Positions 50,708 through 63,272 of a stretch of DNA of 64,000 nt are shown here, one piece after another; positions within the stretch are counted from its first letter, which is position 1; each line of letters begins with the position of its first letter. Both the position numbers and the translations under genes were made by a program. The DNA is from Acanthaster planci (taxonomy: Eukaryota). The stretch is taken from contig NW_019091356.1 in assembly GCF_001949145.1 (NCBI RefSeq), positions 4,198,934 through 4,262,933 on the forward strand. Direction: 5' to 3'. The notes beneath the pieces are model-generated. The model made no database searches and was not told the DNA's origin. It saw nothing but the letters and a program-made list of their open reading frames with translations.

Positions 50708-53700
50708 GTAGGTAGGAGATTTTTGTATCCTCAACCAAGGATGTGAGATTTGCCAAACCCATGGTAGCTTTCCTTTTGCTGCGATTTTTTGGTTTCAAAT
50801 CCGTAGTGAAATTTGTTGCTGTCTCTTCAAACCAAAACACTGGCATATTACCTCAAATGACTCGTCCAATTGATGACAAATGAGTAAGTTGGGATTGAAT
50901 TGATGGTTAAATAGTTCAGGGCATTGTCTCTGCAATAAAAAAAATCAAACGACTAAGGATTTCCATACACCTCGTGATTTCTCGACATCTTAAGCTACGG
51001 TTTCTGGACGGGTAATGTTCCTAGCTGAACACGTGAGCAGTGTGAATATACTGATGCATCAAGTCGCATCTGCAAGATGTACGAAAGGGACAGCTCTCGA
51101 GGTGTGTCCTGGCTCACTTTTCAAATAAAATCGTGGCTGAGAAAAATGAAAATCATACTCTGACTTCGTATGGAAACTCTCTCTTTTACACAAGGCACTG
51201 GCTTTTTATAAGCGCCTATTGCGTGACAATCTTATCCGTTGCTCATTAGTCGCATCCGTGATCACATGGAATTACATTGCGTCTTTGTGCTATTGATGAT
51301 TTTGAGTCTCGATCAGGAATCAGTCCAGACGAAAGACCGCAATGACAGATTAGTCCAATCGGATTTTATCCCATGTATACTGGGAGTGGCGTTTGCGTAA
51401 CTGTAGCTGACTCCAGCTTGTGTAAGAGTCTTTGTCAATTATTAATATTTGCTTGAAAAAGTTGAATGGAACTGGCTTTACAGGCGTTTGCCCATTATAA
51501 ACCATTCGTCGTTAGACAAACGTCATTCTACGAACAAGTTTTCAAAGATTCCAAATATTGCGAAATTTGGTTATTTTTACAAATTACGTTTAAAAGTGGC
51601 GTAATCACAGCCGCTTGGAGAGGTCGAAAAGCTTTGCAGTTAATGGCCCACTCTCTCCAAGCCGATTTCCATACCTGACCAGGCCGAGGAGATACAGCAT
51701 CGCGTAGAGGGTACAGATGGTCCTGGCCGATGTGTGATCGGTATTGGATAGCCCTCGGTCCCGTCTCCAAGCCAGGATCGGTATCTGCCCACTTGTTGAA
51801 ATTCGATCAGCGACTAGGATGAATTTTATTTTGCTGGCGTACATGCTTGACGATCAACGTGGATCAATTACGAGGTCGTATTTTTTTGTGTGCGACGGGG
51901 AAAACTGTGTTAATCCAAATGACGTCATATTAAAAGAAGAGGAAAGAAAAACAGAAAAGAAACATATCACGTGTGAAGTGGCGTGATGGGCCTTGGGCAG
52001 CGTCATGTCAACACTTCCCCCTCTAGCCAAATTCTGTGCGTAATTTGAAACAATATCAAAAACGAATAGAACAGTTTACATTTTCAGACACAACGTTATT
52101 TTTGTCAGTCTGCTAGCCTGTTTGACATAAAGCAGACGCGTTCGATTTTGTCAGTGATTTCATTGCGCGGCATTCTGATATTCCAGTCTGAAGGAAAATA
52201 TACCTTTATCACAAGGTGCCATTTTTTATTTCGATTGTCATTTATAATTACCATTTGGATATATCACATTAATATGTTGTATGTAAATGTCTCACCCGTA
52301 TGGCATGTATTCAACAACACTACATATCATGCAAATATTTTTTTATTAATAAAAAATCAATTAAGGGTGGAAAACATAGCTCTGTACCCAGCTGTCAAGT
52401 GTATAAGGTACATTGTAAAATGGGAACAGACTGCCAATTCATGTTGTGTAGCGTTTTTGTAAGAATTAATCAGGCATGCATTGTACATGTAGGCCTAATT
52501 GCTTTAATATTCGTGCTTTGCTGCATTACATTATTACGAAGAGACGTGCAGAAATATTGCACTGACCCGGGCAGTTCACATGGGGATGGAGTGTAAACGA
52601 CCTCTCTGTTTTCGAAATTGAAAACGAGACGAATCCTGTCGCATTAATTTGTAACCAAGACAACGAAATTGATATCCAATTTCTCCTGAGTTTCCGAGTT
52701 AGTGAACTCGAGAGTCATGTCCAGTGTGCCTGACTGGTGAAATCTCGGCCGTTCCGACTGACGTTAACGATTCGTAAATCCGGGTAAATCCTTTTCGTTT
52801 AAAGTTATCACATGTGAACGTAATTATATTATGCCATTTTGTTAGCGGTCTACGCTATTTGTAATGAAAATGTTTGGTAACCTTTTACGCAATAATCAAA
52901 TCTGCGACCGTACAAAAAGTTGACACGGAATTCCGTTTGCACTGATTATCTGAATGAACAGAAGTTCTACACCGATGATTTACAGTCTCACGTCGTTTGT
53001 GATCAGCAAATTTCTTTGCTCTGTTGCATGAGGAAAACCAGTTGTTTCGCTGTGCACACGATGCTCCACGTGTATTAACGAGTGCATAGATGATTCTGGT
53101 GCGTGGTCACAGGAGTTGGAAAGCATTACTGCGTTGCTGCGCTGCCACGACCTCGTACGGCATACCTGCGCGTCCAATATCCCCGCTCACTAATGGGATG
53201 TTTACACCTTGCCAAAATTTACGTGTGCCTGAAGTTCAGATTTGAAAAGAAAGTTACTTTAAGATCAAATTCTCCCGACGGAATGCTTCAGGGTGAGACA
53301 CGATTGAGCTCGTTGATTGATACCATTTTCAGGCTTTTCTCTCGATTGTGGTTAATTTGAAAGTCACGTTTTGATATGTTTGAATAAAGATTAACCTTTT
53401 AACGACAGAGACTATTAGCTGAAGCTTTCTGTGGGAAGGGAAAGAAATTGGCCGACTCAGACTTAATGACGACAATTCGTTTCGTCGTCCAGCAAAGATG
53501 TTCCGTTTTATCATTCTCAGCTTTTACCCTTTACCCCTGAAAATTCTCGATGACGATTTTGTTTCCCAAGAACGTGGGCCATCTTCGTTGTGTTCGTATT
53601 AGGCAAACACACCTTACCGATTTATCGCCCCCACGAACATCCACTCGATTTTGCTCTTGACGAAAACCCCCCGTAGACACACTTTTATTTGGTTTAAAGG

Positions 53701-54300
53701 GCGAAAGGGGAGAGAATTACCCGCGTTGAAAAGCGTAATTGCACCAATGACTGCATCATGAGTAGTTCTACTTACTTTCGAAATTAACCGGGATTCAGTA
53801 TCGCAACCGCAACATTTTCCCATTACTTCAGCTGTTAGAAAGGTTATCTACTTTTAACGTAGTTGGTGCATTATCCCAAGAACATGCACCTGTGATTTCA
53901 TTATTAGTAATCAGTACTAAATGCAAGTCTTTTTGATCTGGAAATGCACTGCGGATGATATCTCGCTCAGCCACTCACTGACCAATTCGGCCGTCCCAGG
54001 CATCACTCTGCTGTCCACACTGGCACGACATGAGCCAAGGGCGTGTTTTTTTTATATGTATGAATTTTATCTGTGATAGGAGCATCACACTCTTAGGCCG
54101 TTTCCGAAACGAGCTTCCAGAGCTATGGCTAGGTCTACTGTCTGCGCATCTCCGCGCATTTCCAATGGAGTGAAGACCTAGACCTATCCGTATAGCCAAC
54201 AGATTCAGATGTAGCTTTAGGGTAGAAAGCCCCTCATGTAATTCAGCGTGAAAATGACCAAATCCTGAGGATTTCAGTTCTCTCCGGAAAGAGGACTGTG

Positions 54301-54314
54301 GTTACCCCGGTAAC
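54301..54314. promoter_or_regulatory. RFX X-box
   Basis: GTTACC-CC-GGTAAC, perfectly inverted half-sites. Confidence 0.45.
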
Positions 54315-57300
54315 ACTAAGGTCTAGCAGTACGCTCCTGGATGACATGCCTTATTCTTGACATCATGAATCTTCTATGCATAGTGTTACATTATTGTTTC
54401 ATGGCGTCGTAATATAGACAGAAGGAATAATGCAGCATAGGATCAGGCTTTCATATATGCAGGATTTATAAGTTGAAACGCGGTAGGATAAAAGAAGGCA
54501 TTGATTGGAGCTACTCATCTTAACAGGAAGTCGCTATGGCTTGGCCTTCTACAATTGAAGTAAGTCATCGACCTTCGTATTTTGCAAAGTTATAATGGCT
54601 GTAGGGAAGCCACAGGCCAAGAAATGTGGCTACTAAATCTCATCTCATTTAGTTGAGAGTGCAATACATCTATCACTTTAATTACGTTAATATATTTTTT
54701 CCAATTGAGGATTGAAAATCAGTCCTTTCCTTTATTCAAATTCGCTCAATGCGTTGCCTTGCCGAATATTAGGGTAACCTTTTGAAAGTTGGAAATACGT
54801 AAGTCAAGTAGCCTGGTCAGGGCGACCAATTACTCCGCGGAGCGATATCTTGCGTATTTCATCGCCGCAAGCTCAGTAAGCATTTATCGAAATGTGTCCT
54901 TGTCGTGCTGTCGGTGCTGCGCTGGAACGTGGGGTCCGTTCACACCGGCTATTCACCGTGTTATGAAAATGAAAGGTACGGGGGCAAAAACCGGATAAAT
55001 ATTGGCCCGAGGGAGATTCCTGATCGAGGATGGATTAGAGCAGAGATATCCTTCGTTTTAGATTGACCTGTGTGTGAGTGTGTGTGTAAGGGGATGCGCG
55101 CGCTTAACGTACACGAGGTTTCGGCTTTTGACGTGAATATTGCGGTGTAGGCTTGTCAGGTACGCGTGCGCGGCACAAGCAGGTAATGATGAAGTCTCCG
55201 TAGTGCATGTTAATGTTAAGAATAATGAGGAATTGAAACGGTGTAGAGACCCAAAGTGATTGACAGGAAAATTACGAACGTGTAGTTTGAAAAAAAGAAG
55301 AAAATCAGTGATTTCCAAATCTCGCAAACAGTTAATTATATAAGTACATCAAAGTTTTGCCCACAGTCCAATATTTTGTCTAGCGAGGCTTGGACCTGTA
55401 GTGAGTAAAACAAGCAGTACATGGAGTGGAAATTATATTATCCTGTTCCTTCCAATTGGCTAATACGCGAAGATAACAAGAATACTATGTCAATCCGCCA
55501 TTCATGGAGGAAAGGGCATAAACATCGGCGGAAACAGCACTTAAGAATAAAGCCTCTGTGCGCTGTAGTTATCTACTCGCATCAATTGAGCACTTTACCA
55601 TATGCATGAGGACCATGTATTTATCTAACCATTTCCCAGCTGTAGAAAAATTGCTTCCTCTGAATATTCGGACGGATGAACGGAGGCGTACGCAGTTGGC
55701 AGTTGGTAATTATAAGTGGTAGCGTGGGTGTTAGTGCAGCGAAATCCGGGGGGGGGATTTGTATCTCTAGAAGCTTTAAGATGTAGCTTTTTGTTTTTGT
55801 TTTATGCCGATGTGATCCTACTGCTAGTAAAATCCCACAAAAGCGACCTACAAACACAAACCGAATTCCCCTGTCTGCAAGAAATAACAGAAGTACTCAT
55901 CCAGAGTTGGGCTTCTTCCCCCTCCCCTGGTCGAATCCAATAAAAATTCAAACCTATTGCATGCGATCAATTCCCATGGCAACGCACGGCGAGGTTTTTG
56001 GCCAAGTTATTAGGATTTTCATGAGGTATCGTAATTTGCTGCTGTCTGTGCAGCAGTACACTGTGCATAGGGAGGCCGCTTGACAAATGGCATCTTACAT
56101 GCGATGAAACTACAGCTCACACTTACTTATGTGTCTAGCTCTATCGTCGTAGGTTCAACCGTCGTATTGAATTGCGTATTTTATTAAACTTGAGAATAAA
56201 ACTCTTGTGAAAGAAATTTGGGTTGATTTATTGAATCAAGGAGTCTTCTTCCGTCGCTTGTCTGACTTCATTATTTTTGTCCAAGCCGTAGAGAATTCGG
56301 TCCAGACGTTACGGCTGTATAAGAGTTAGCTAACTTGGCTTGGTTTGTCGTTCATCAAGAATCTTTTATTGTCCCGATAAAATAGCAGTGGAAACAACCA
56401 CGAAGTGCTCAATCGAATACCCTTCAACTTGAATGAAAAGTATTGGATTGAATTCTTCTGTTGTGTGGATGTACTCTCCTTAAGTTACAGGCCGGGCGAC
56501 TTTTACCGAACATAACCCAATTAAAAATGTTTTCTCTCTGACAGGCACAAACACACCTCCACTCTGTCTACCTATGTCGCCCGTAATTCGCAGCAAGAGA
56601 TGCGAAGCAGGTTTCGTCGCGGCCTGCTAATGGCCAAAGCGCAGTCTCGACCACACGTCGTGCGTTGCACGCAGAGCCCTTTCCCTCCCCGATGGAAAGG
56701 TTCCTCATTCGGGGAGGACTTAGGGAGCGTCACGTTCGATTTCGATTCTAGAACGTGACCGTGTCTTCGTTCTTGCGGGCCGCTCTCTCCCGTGTGGCAT
56801 AACAGGCACATTATTGATTCTAATTTATGGATGGATATCGAGGTCCGTCTTGAGTCAATAAGGAAACGATAGCTACATCATGATAGGGAAGTATGTGAGT
56901 TTTGGGATGCCTTTCGGCCATTACATTTTAGTTGACCCGTCGACTGCACTTGCATGTTGGTTCTCTTACTTTCTGAGTAGAAATACATGTATATCATCGA
57001 ATGCCGTTCGTGCTTTTTTGGTGGAAAGAAATTCAATCTGCAAGCCGTTTACATCTCTGCGAGCCAGTGGCCAAATCAACAAAACAAAGAGAAAGCAGAT
57101 CGTGCAGAATCAAGGCAAACATACAGCCGGCTGGGGGAACTTACAGCAAACAGGTGGCAAGATGGAAGCAGGTAATGGTACACAAAATGCCGTTGCATTT
57201 TGGACGTCCCTGAGGTTCACAGTTAAATGTCATGACCACCCCCCCAAAAAAGATACTCCAGCAACCATCCGGTGTGGACGAGTACACAATACTGTTGGCA

Positions 57301-59136
57301 CATTGCCAACACGTGGGAGGAATTTCCAACCAGACCTACAGACAAGTATTCTCTTCGACCGGTACCGAGCTCTGGAGCATGGTGTTCGCAATCAAACAGA
57401 CTGACTTGATAAATTAATCCGCTGATCCCATTGGACGGGCATGGAATCAAAAAACAGAATTGACGGATGAGAACGTGAGATAAATAGTTGCCATTTGCCA
57501 AACACGGTCTGACTTGCCCGCAGTACCTCTGTGCTCGTGCTTACCCCCCCCTGCCATCCTCTCCGTCATAATATTCAAGTCATTTATCATCACTATGCAC
57601 TACTGCAAGGAGAATCCGATGACCTGGTGTACCGAGCTATGAATTTTTCAGGGACTCCTAGCGCCTTGGAAAGAAAACAAGCTATGTATTTTACATCGCT
57701 GTCACCAGAGATGCATATTGACAGATGGAGGTATTTTTCTCCAGTGCATCATTGAGGCAAGGGGGATACAGCTGGATAGAGGAACATGCAATTCCAAGTG
57801 CGTGATGGAGAAGATAAATAATTAATAAGCAGAGGCCATGTGTTTTGTTGCACGAACAATTGGCTGAGGTGAAGGTTTGAATCATTATGCGGTGCACAAT
57901 TCTTTCAAAGTGTGAACATTAATAACAAAAATTAGATATGGTGGGTAGTTTCCAAGACGACTTGTCACGATGAACTTTCAGGCATTTTAAATAGCACCTG
58001 AGAAAAAGGTGCTAATTTGCTTTGTGCAAAACGAGATTGTCGAAAATAAAGATCATAGAGGTAAGAGTAAACACGTTTAACAGTGTTCGAATGTCTTCGT
58101 AGTCTAGAACGATTCTATCGGGATCGACACTCCAATCTTCAGGCCCACTTTTATACTTGACATGTTCAAAATGTAAGCTTCTGTATAATGTTGTTACAAA
58201 TCGTGAATAAACAGTGTTCTTAAGAGGGAGCTGGAATTCAGCGACATGAATTTCACCCAGGAATAATTGAGTTCGCAGGCTAGAAAGCTTGGTACGATGC
58301 TTTTAGCCAACGAACATCATGAATGCATTGTTTACACTCCATCGAATTTGCTTTGATTGTTAATCGAATCCAGCGATTCTGAAAGTGCCTGGCAAACAAA
58401 GCGTACCACTGGTTATACGTCTTCTGAAAGTCGCGGTTTTCCAATTTTCTATTACAGACTCGCGGACGTGGGCAAGGACAGCTAAAATAACTTGATGTAG
58501 TTCTGCAGTTTTCAAGTGCCAAAGTAATTGCTGATGTAGACTGACAAAGGGTTTGTTTACCCTTGTGTAAAGAGTCGCGGTTGTTACAACGCTAAATGCG
58601 TGCGCTCCTGTAAACAAACTCCACTTTTGTTTGGTAACAATAATTTGTGTTCTTCATCCAGGGCAAAAGTGAGGACAATCCTGGCCGGATAACACAAAAC
58701 ATTTATCATGATTGCTTGGTACGTCTGACCACAACTGTCAGTACGCAGTGATTTTATCAAGTATTTAAGCGGCCGTTCTCGTTTCCTGTTAATTTTGGTT
58801 GATTTAAATGTGTTTATTCTAGAAGGAGCACTAGGTGTCTAGCTTCTCATGATTGCAGACTCAGTTTTCCCCCCGTGAACAAGCTGGACAGTGATATTTA
58901 TCTTGCTTTGTTGCTGTCGTACGAAGTCGAAGGATGTGAAATCCTTTGGCATGACAGACCTATCCAATGGCGGGCGATGTTTCATCTCTGTAGTTCCGAT
59001 TGTAATCAATCGTCGTACCTCAATAACACGTCACTTAATCTATGAATGTGATCAAACCAAACAGTTTTATGTGAAAAAGCACAATTTAGAATAAAGTACT
59101 CGATGTTACGCAAGGGAGGATCTACAGTTATACACG

Positions 59137-59166
59137 AGGTATTCTCTATGTAAGGTATTCTCTATA
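59137..59166. repeat. Short tandem duplication (period 17)
   Basis: AGGTATTCTCTAT-GTA-AGGTATTCTCTAT. Confidence 0.7.
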
Positions 59167-59379
59167 GCTGGTAAAAAATCCGAATCTATTGTACCGTTGC
59201 TTATATGATTTGTCTTGAAAGTTCCCTGGGAAGGAAAGTAGGTCATTAAGTAGGTCTAATGTTTCTCTCTTTCATTACATGAACATGCAAGTTAAACTTG
59301 GCCGTTTGACCTGTACGTACCCAACATTTGACAATATTACGAGCATCCTTATCTAAGCAAGCGATACCGTGCACGATAT

Positions 59380-59544
59380 GGGGCCGATGGATACCCCCCA
59401 CATGTCCAATCCCTATACACACTTTAGACTCTTGTTACCAAACACATCCCCCAGAAGTCTGTAAAGAATTCCTGAGATTTCGATCAAAAAATGACCCACA
59501 CAAAGGGAGGGGGGTTCTCTCCGCCCCATATCTTGCATCATATG
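59380..59544 (+). repeat. Dispersed repeat family A copy 2 (internal fragment)
   Basis: Aligns to 5878-6047 through ACATGTCCAATCCC, ATACACACT, AAAGAATTCCT, AATGACC, GGGGGTTCTCTCCG and TCTTGCAT blocks. Confidence 0.85.
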
Positions 59545-60246
59545 AAGCGAGCGATCAAGCTAAATTAGTCTGGCACCTTTGACGTTGAAACTTGCTTCAC
59601 ATTGATTGCCACATCCCCTTTGGGGAACGTGACAATGTCGGCTGAGCGGATATGGCAATATCTATACGATGTCAATTCCGCATGATATTGAAACATTCAT
59701 TTCAACAACAATGGTAAAGTCCAGGTAGTGCCACGCATAACGGCCGAGCAAGTCAATCACAGTGCCCGATGGGATGTGTATACCCTTCCCCGTTCATTGG
59801 TAGGGTAATAAGCCCACCCGCCTTTTTAGAGCGTAACCGAAGAACTCGAATAGGGAGCTCGACGAGCCAAGAGCGTGACAAGTTGCCGAGACATGGCCGT
59901 GTGTGAAGAGATACTCACGGGAGACGGGAGGGGCGCGGGAGGGGGGAGAGCATTATAACCTCTCCTCTTCTCAACAATGTTTTTCTTATTAATCTCGAAG
60001 CTTATCTAATATTGGCCTAGTTAGAATATCCCACGTGCCTCTGAACATCCTCAAAGCGTCTTTGTTACTCCGTGGCATGGAAGTAGTACATTATGTGAGC
60101 AGTTCATCCTTCAATGATCAGAAGAAAGCAACCGGTCGTCTTCTATGTTGTTACGTCCCGTTTAACTAATCTTGGGTAAGCATGCGGAGTGTAACTTAGA
60201 AATGGGCATAGGTCAGAGTGCATGCGTCAAATTTTGATGAGGCGGA

Positions 60247-60345
60247 ACCAAAACAACAAAAACAAAAAACAAATTGACATGTAATGAAAAAAATGAAATG
60301 ACAAAATGAATTCAAATGAAAAATGTAGGAAAATGAAATTACATG
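60247..60345. repeat. A-rich low-complexity tract (CAAAA / AAATG units)
   Basis: Degenerate CAAAA repeats followed by several AAATGA units. Confidence 0.6.
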
Positions 60346-62124
60346 GCAGAATTTTCTCATTTTGGATGTTTTCATTTTAATGTTTACGTTTAAAGAGCTC
60401 GTCATGCATTCGTAAAAATAGTCCTTTAGGGAATTTTAGTTGAATTTAATTGCCGAATTATTAAATTAAAATTTAAATACCACACCCAAAAAAATAATCA
60501 GAGGTAAAAATTTTGTCTACTGTTTGATTATCTGGGGTGGAAAGTGAGACAGTAACATTTTGGGGATCTACCCAGTAAGTAAATAAATAAATAAAAGTGG
60601 AAACGTCTGTAGAGATTGAAATGTTGATTTGAATAGTGCTTGGTGCATGCACGAGGTGTGCATTTTTATCTCTAATTTCTTTTTCAATAGACCTTTTTGA
60701 AAATAAGGCGATGTCATTATCGTCACGCCGTGCTTTCGTATCTGCTGTGCCTCTATACAAAGACCCCAAGGGGGGTCTGTCTCCTGAGGGTTTTCTCTCG
60801 GTTTACTAGTAATTTACTGGTCCACTTCATTCTTTGCCTGTGGAAGCCGACAGCATTTTCTCGGAGGAATGTGATGTACTCAGCTTCAGATATGAAGCAT
60901 ACTCATTATCCAATCATGTTAATGGAATCTTTTAGTCCTTGTAAAATGGATTTCCGTCAATTGGATACGCCTTTTGAAATACATTTTGCCTATGCTAATT
61001 TATTTTCGGTTCTGTTTTCGATTCCGAGTCACTGATATATACCAGGGGCGCAAATACAGTCTTTAATTTGGCATTAATTGGACATCATAGCTTTCATTTT
61101 GAAGGAAGCAGGTATTTATACCGGTCTAAAGTTTATTTATTGGACCAGATTCTGCATTATCGTTTCCTTTATTCAAACAATGAACCATTCGACAGAAGTT
61201 TGTTCAGATTGCAGTCCTTTAACCAAGTTGCTAGCAAAGGGAGTAGTCCATGTTTATATGCCAAAAGATAAGGGTTTATTTTTGGATAGGGAAGGTCAAA
61301 GGTTGAGCACTTACTCCACCTTTCCGATAATTAATGTTTGGATCCAAGAGCTTTGCCCCATAACAATGTTACTAGAATATTGCCATGCAGATTTTTTATA
61401 ACTTTACTTCGAAATATGAAACCCTTCTGAGATAAAACCCCCAAAGATTCTTATTTAAACTAAATGAAGACACCTTTCATTTTACCAAGTTTAAGGTTCT
61501 CTAAAACAGACTAAATTCTCATGCCAAAAATATTTACAGCTACGATATTTTATATCTTCTGCCTTGAAGATTGAAAGAAACTTTAGGAATGGACGAGTTT
61601 AGAGAAAGCTGACTTTTGCAATACTTTCATGTAGGCTTTTCGTTGAATTTAGTCTTTGTTAAGAGGACCACAAAGTTAACGACCATACAGTCCTCCCTGA
61701 GTTCGAGAGAGTGCGTTTGCCGTCTGTCGGCTGGGAATTGGGTTTCCCCTTCAAGAAATTGAATTTGAAATACTGAGGAAACCTTTGGAGCGTTTTGAGT
61801 TTCAGACGATATTTGGTACGGAAAGTTATCAAGTTTTCCCGAGATATCAACCGAGGCTGTGGCGAACCAGCGTCCATCGATTGTAGCGAAAATGAGGGTT
61901 ATGGCGGGGGGAGGGGTCGTGATTTGGTTGTACAAATCAATGTTGGTATCGACCCACGCTTGTGTTATTCCGAGGGTGTCTGAATGTGCCCTCTGCAGTT
62001 CTCGCTGCGGACACGGGCACAGTACGCTGTAATTTAAGTTGCAACTCGCAAAGCGGTGTGGAGGAGGTACACGTTTTCTTTAGGTTCTTGTGCTTCTTGT
62101 ATACGGTGCTACCAACAACCTATG

Positions 62125-62160
62125 TAAATATGCCCTAGCCTAAATATGCCCTAGTCTAAA
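62125..62160. repeat. Short tandem duplication (period 16)
   Basis: TAAATATGCCCTAGCC-TAAATATGCCCTAGTC-TAAA. Confidence 0.75.
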
Positions 62161-63254
62161 ATACATGAGCAGCTTTGTCTCGTACTTGGGCAGCTATATT
62201 CTTCACATCTCTTCCCCTTCATGATTTTTTTTCAATAATTAAATGAACGAAGCTGAACAAAGCCTCTCAAAGCAGCACAGGCGATGTGCACATGACATAG
62301 CCAAGTTTTTTTAATTTAAGCACTTCTCCAGAAAATTTGGATAGAGAAGAGCGAGGATATAATAATTACTTCTTCATTATCTTAGCATTGATTTCGTTAA
62401 AATACCAGTAAGCTGTACAAAATCTCAGATCTTTTCAAGAAAGCTGTTTTAAATTTCTGACTTTCCCTGATTTATTAATGGAGGGTTTTTGTAATAAATT
62501 CGACGACACGTCAGTTGGTACAGTGCAATCATTTGCACATGCGCAAAGACCTTAACGCCTTGATGTAAACATAATTATCTTCAAGGGCAGAGTACAAGTA
62601 TAAAAAGTGGCATTGTAAATTTTTGCCCCAATATTATACGGAAGTAAACAAAGTCAAATGCCTCGCATATGGGGTGTAAATAAAGGAGAGATAGTCACCA
62701 GAGATATCCCATAATTTTTTTGAAGGATGCCTATCTTTGGAATTACTTGGAGAGTTCGAACGTAGGCGATAGATGCAAAACATGATCGTCCCAATTCAGC
62801 TAGTCAACAAAAGTTCCTCAATTTTTCCTAGTTCACGTTGCAATCTACATCGTCATTTCTTTCTTGCTGGAGGCTGCTTTGCAGCATTGAATGCGATTGT
62901 CAGGACCAAATTCCCGGTTTAAATGTCCCATTGACACGGCCCATTGATGAGTGGCGTCCCGCACGCTCCACTGCCTTGCTGGGACACCCTGACCTCGCCG
63001 ATATTTTGCAAATCGGAACAAAGTACAAAAGCGACCAGCATTCGCTGGTGTTTTGGGCGCCATTGCCGCATTCGTATAGTTGGTTTTTGGTGGAATTGTC
63101 TGAGCCCACGCGAGTTTCTGCTGTCGTTTGTGCGGGTTGGATCCAAGTGATCCGCTCCCAGTTCCAACCCGCTGCCAGAGACCTTGCCTGCAGGAATCAA
63201 TTGTATGATCACATTTTAACAAAGGATTTTATTCCAAGTTCGGTAGAGGAAAAC

Positions 63255-63272
63255 ATGGAGGCCGTATTAATG
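63255..63272 (+). CDS. Candidate first coding exon end MEAVLM (phase 0), product unknown
   Basis: Strong Kozak aaacATGG, 6 codons, consensus donor ATG|GTAAGT at 63273. Preceded by about 400 nt of GC-richer UTR-like sequence and a TATAAAAAG at 62599. Confidence 0.35.

Noticed and set aside
56880..57404. 174 aa + strand ORF
   Set aside because: No domain similarity, and overlapping ORFs in several frames suggest chance.
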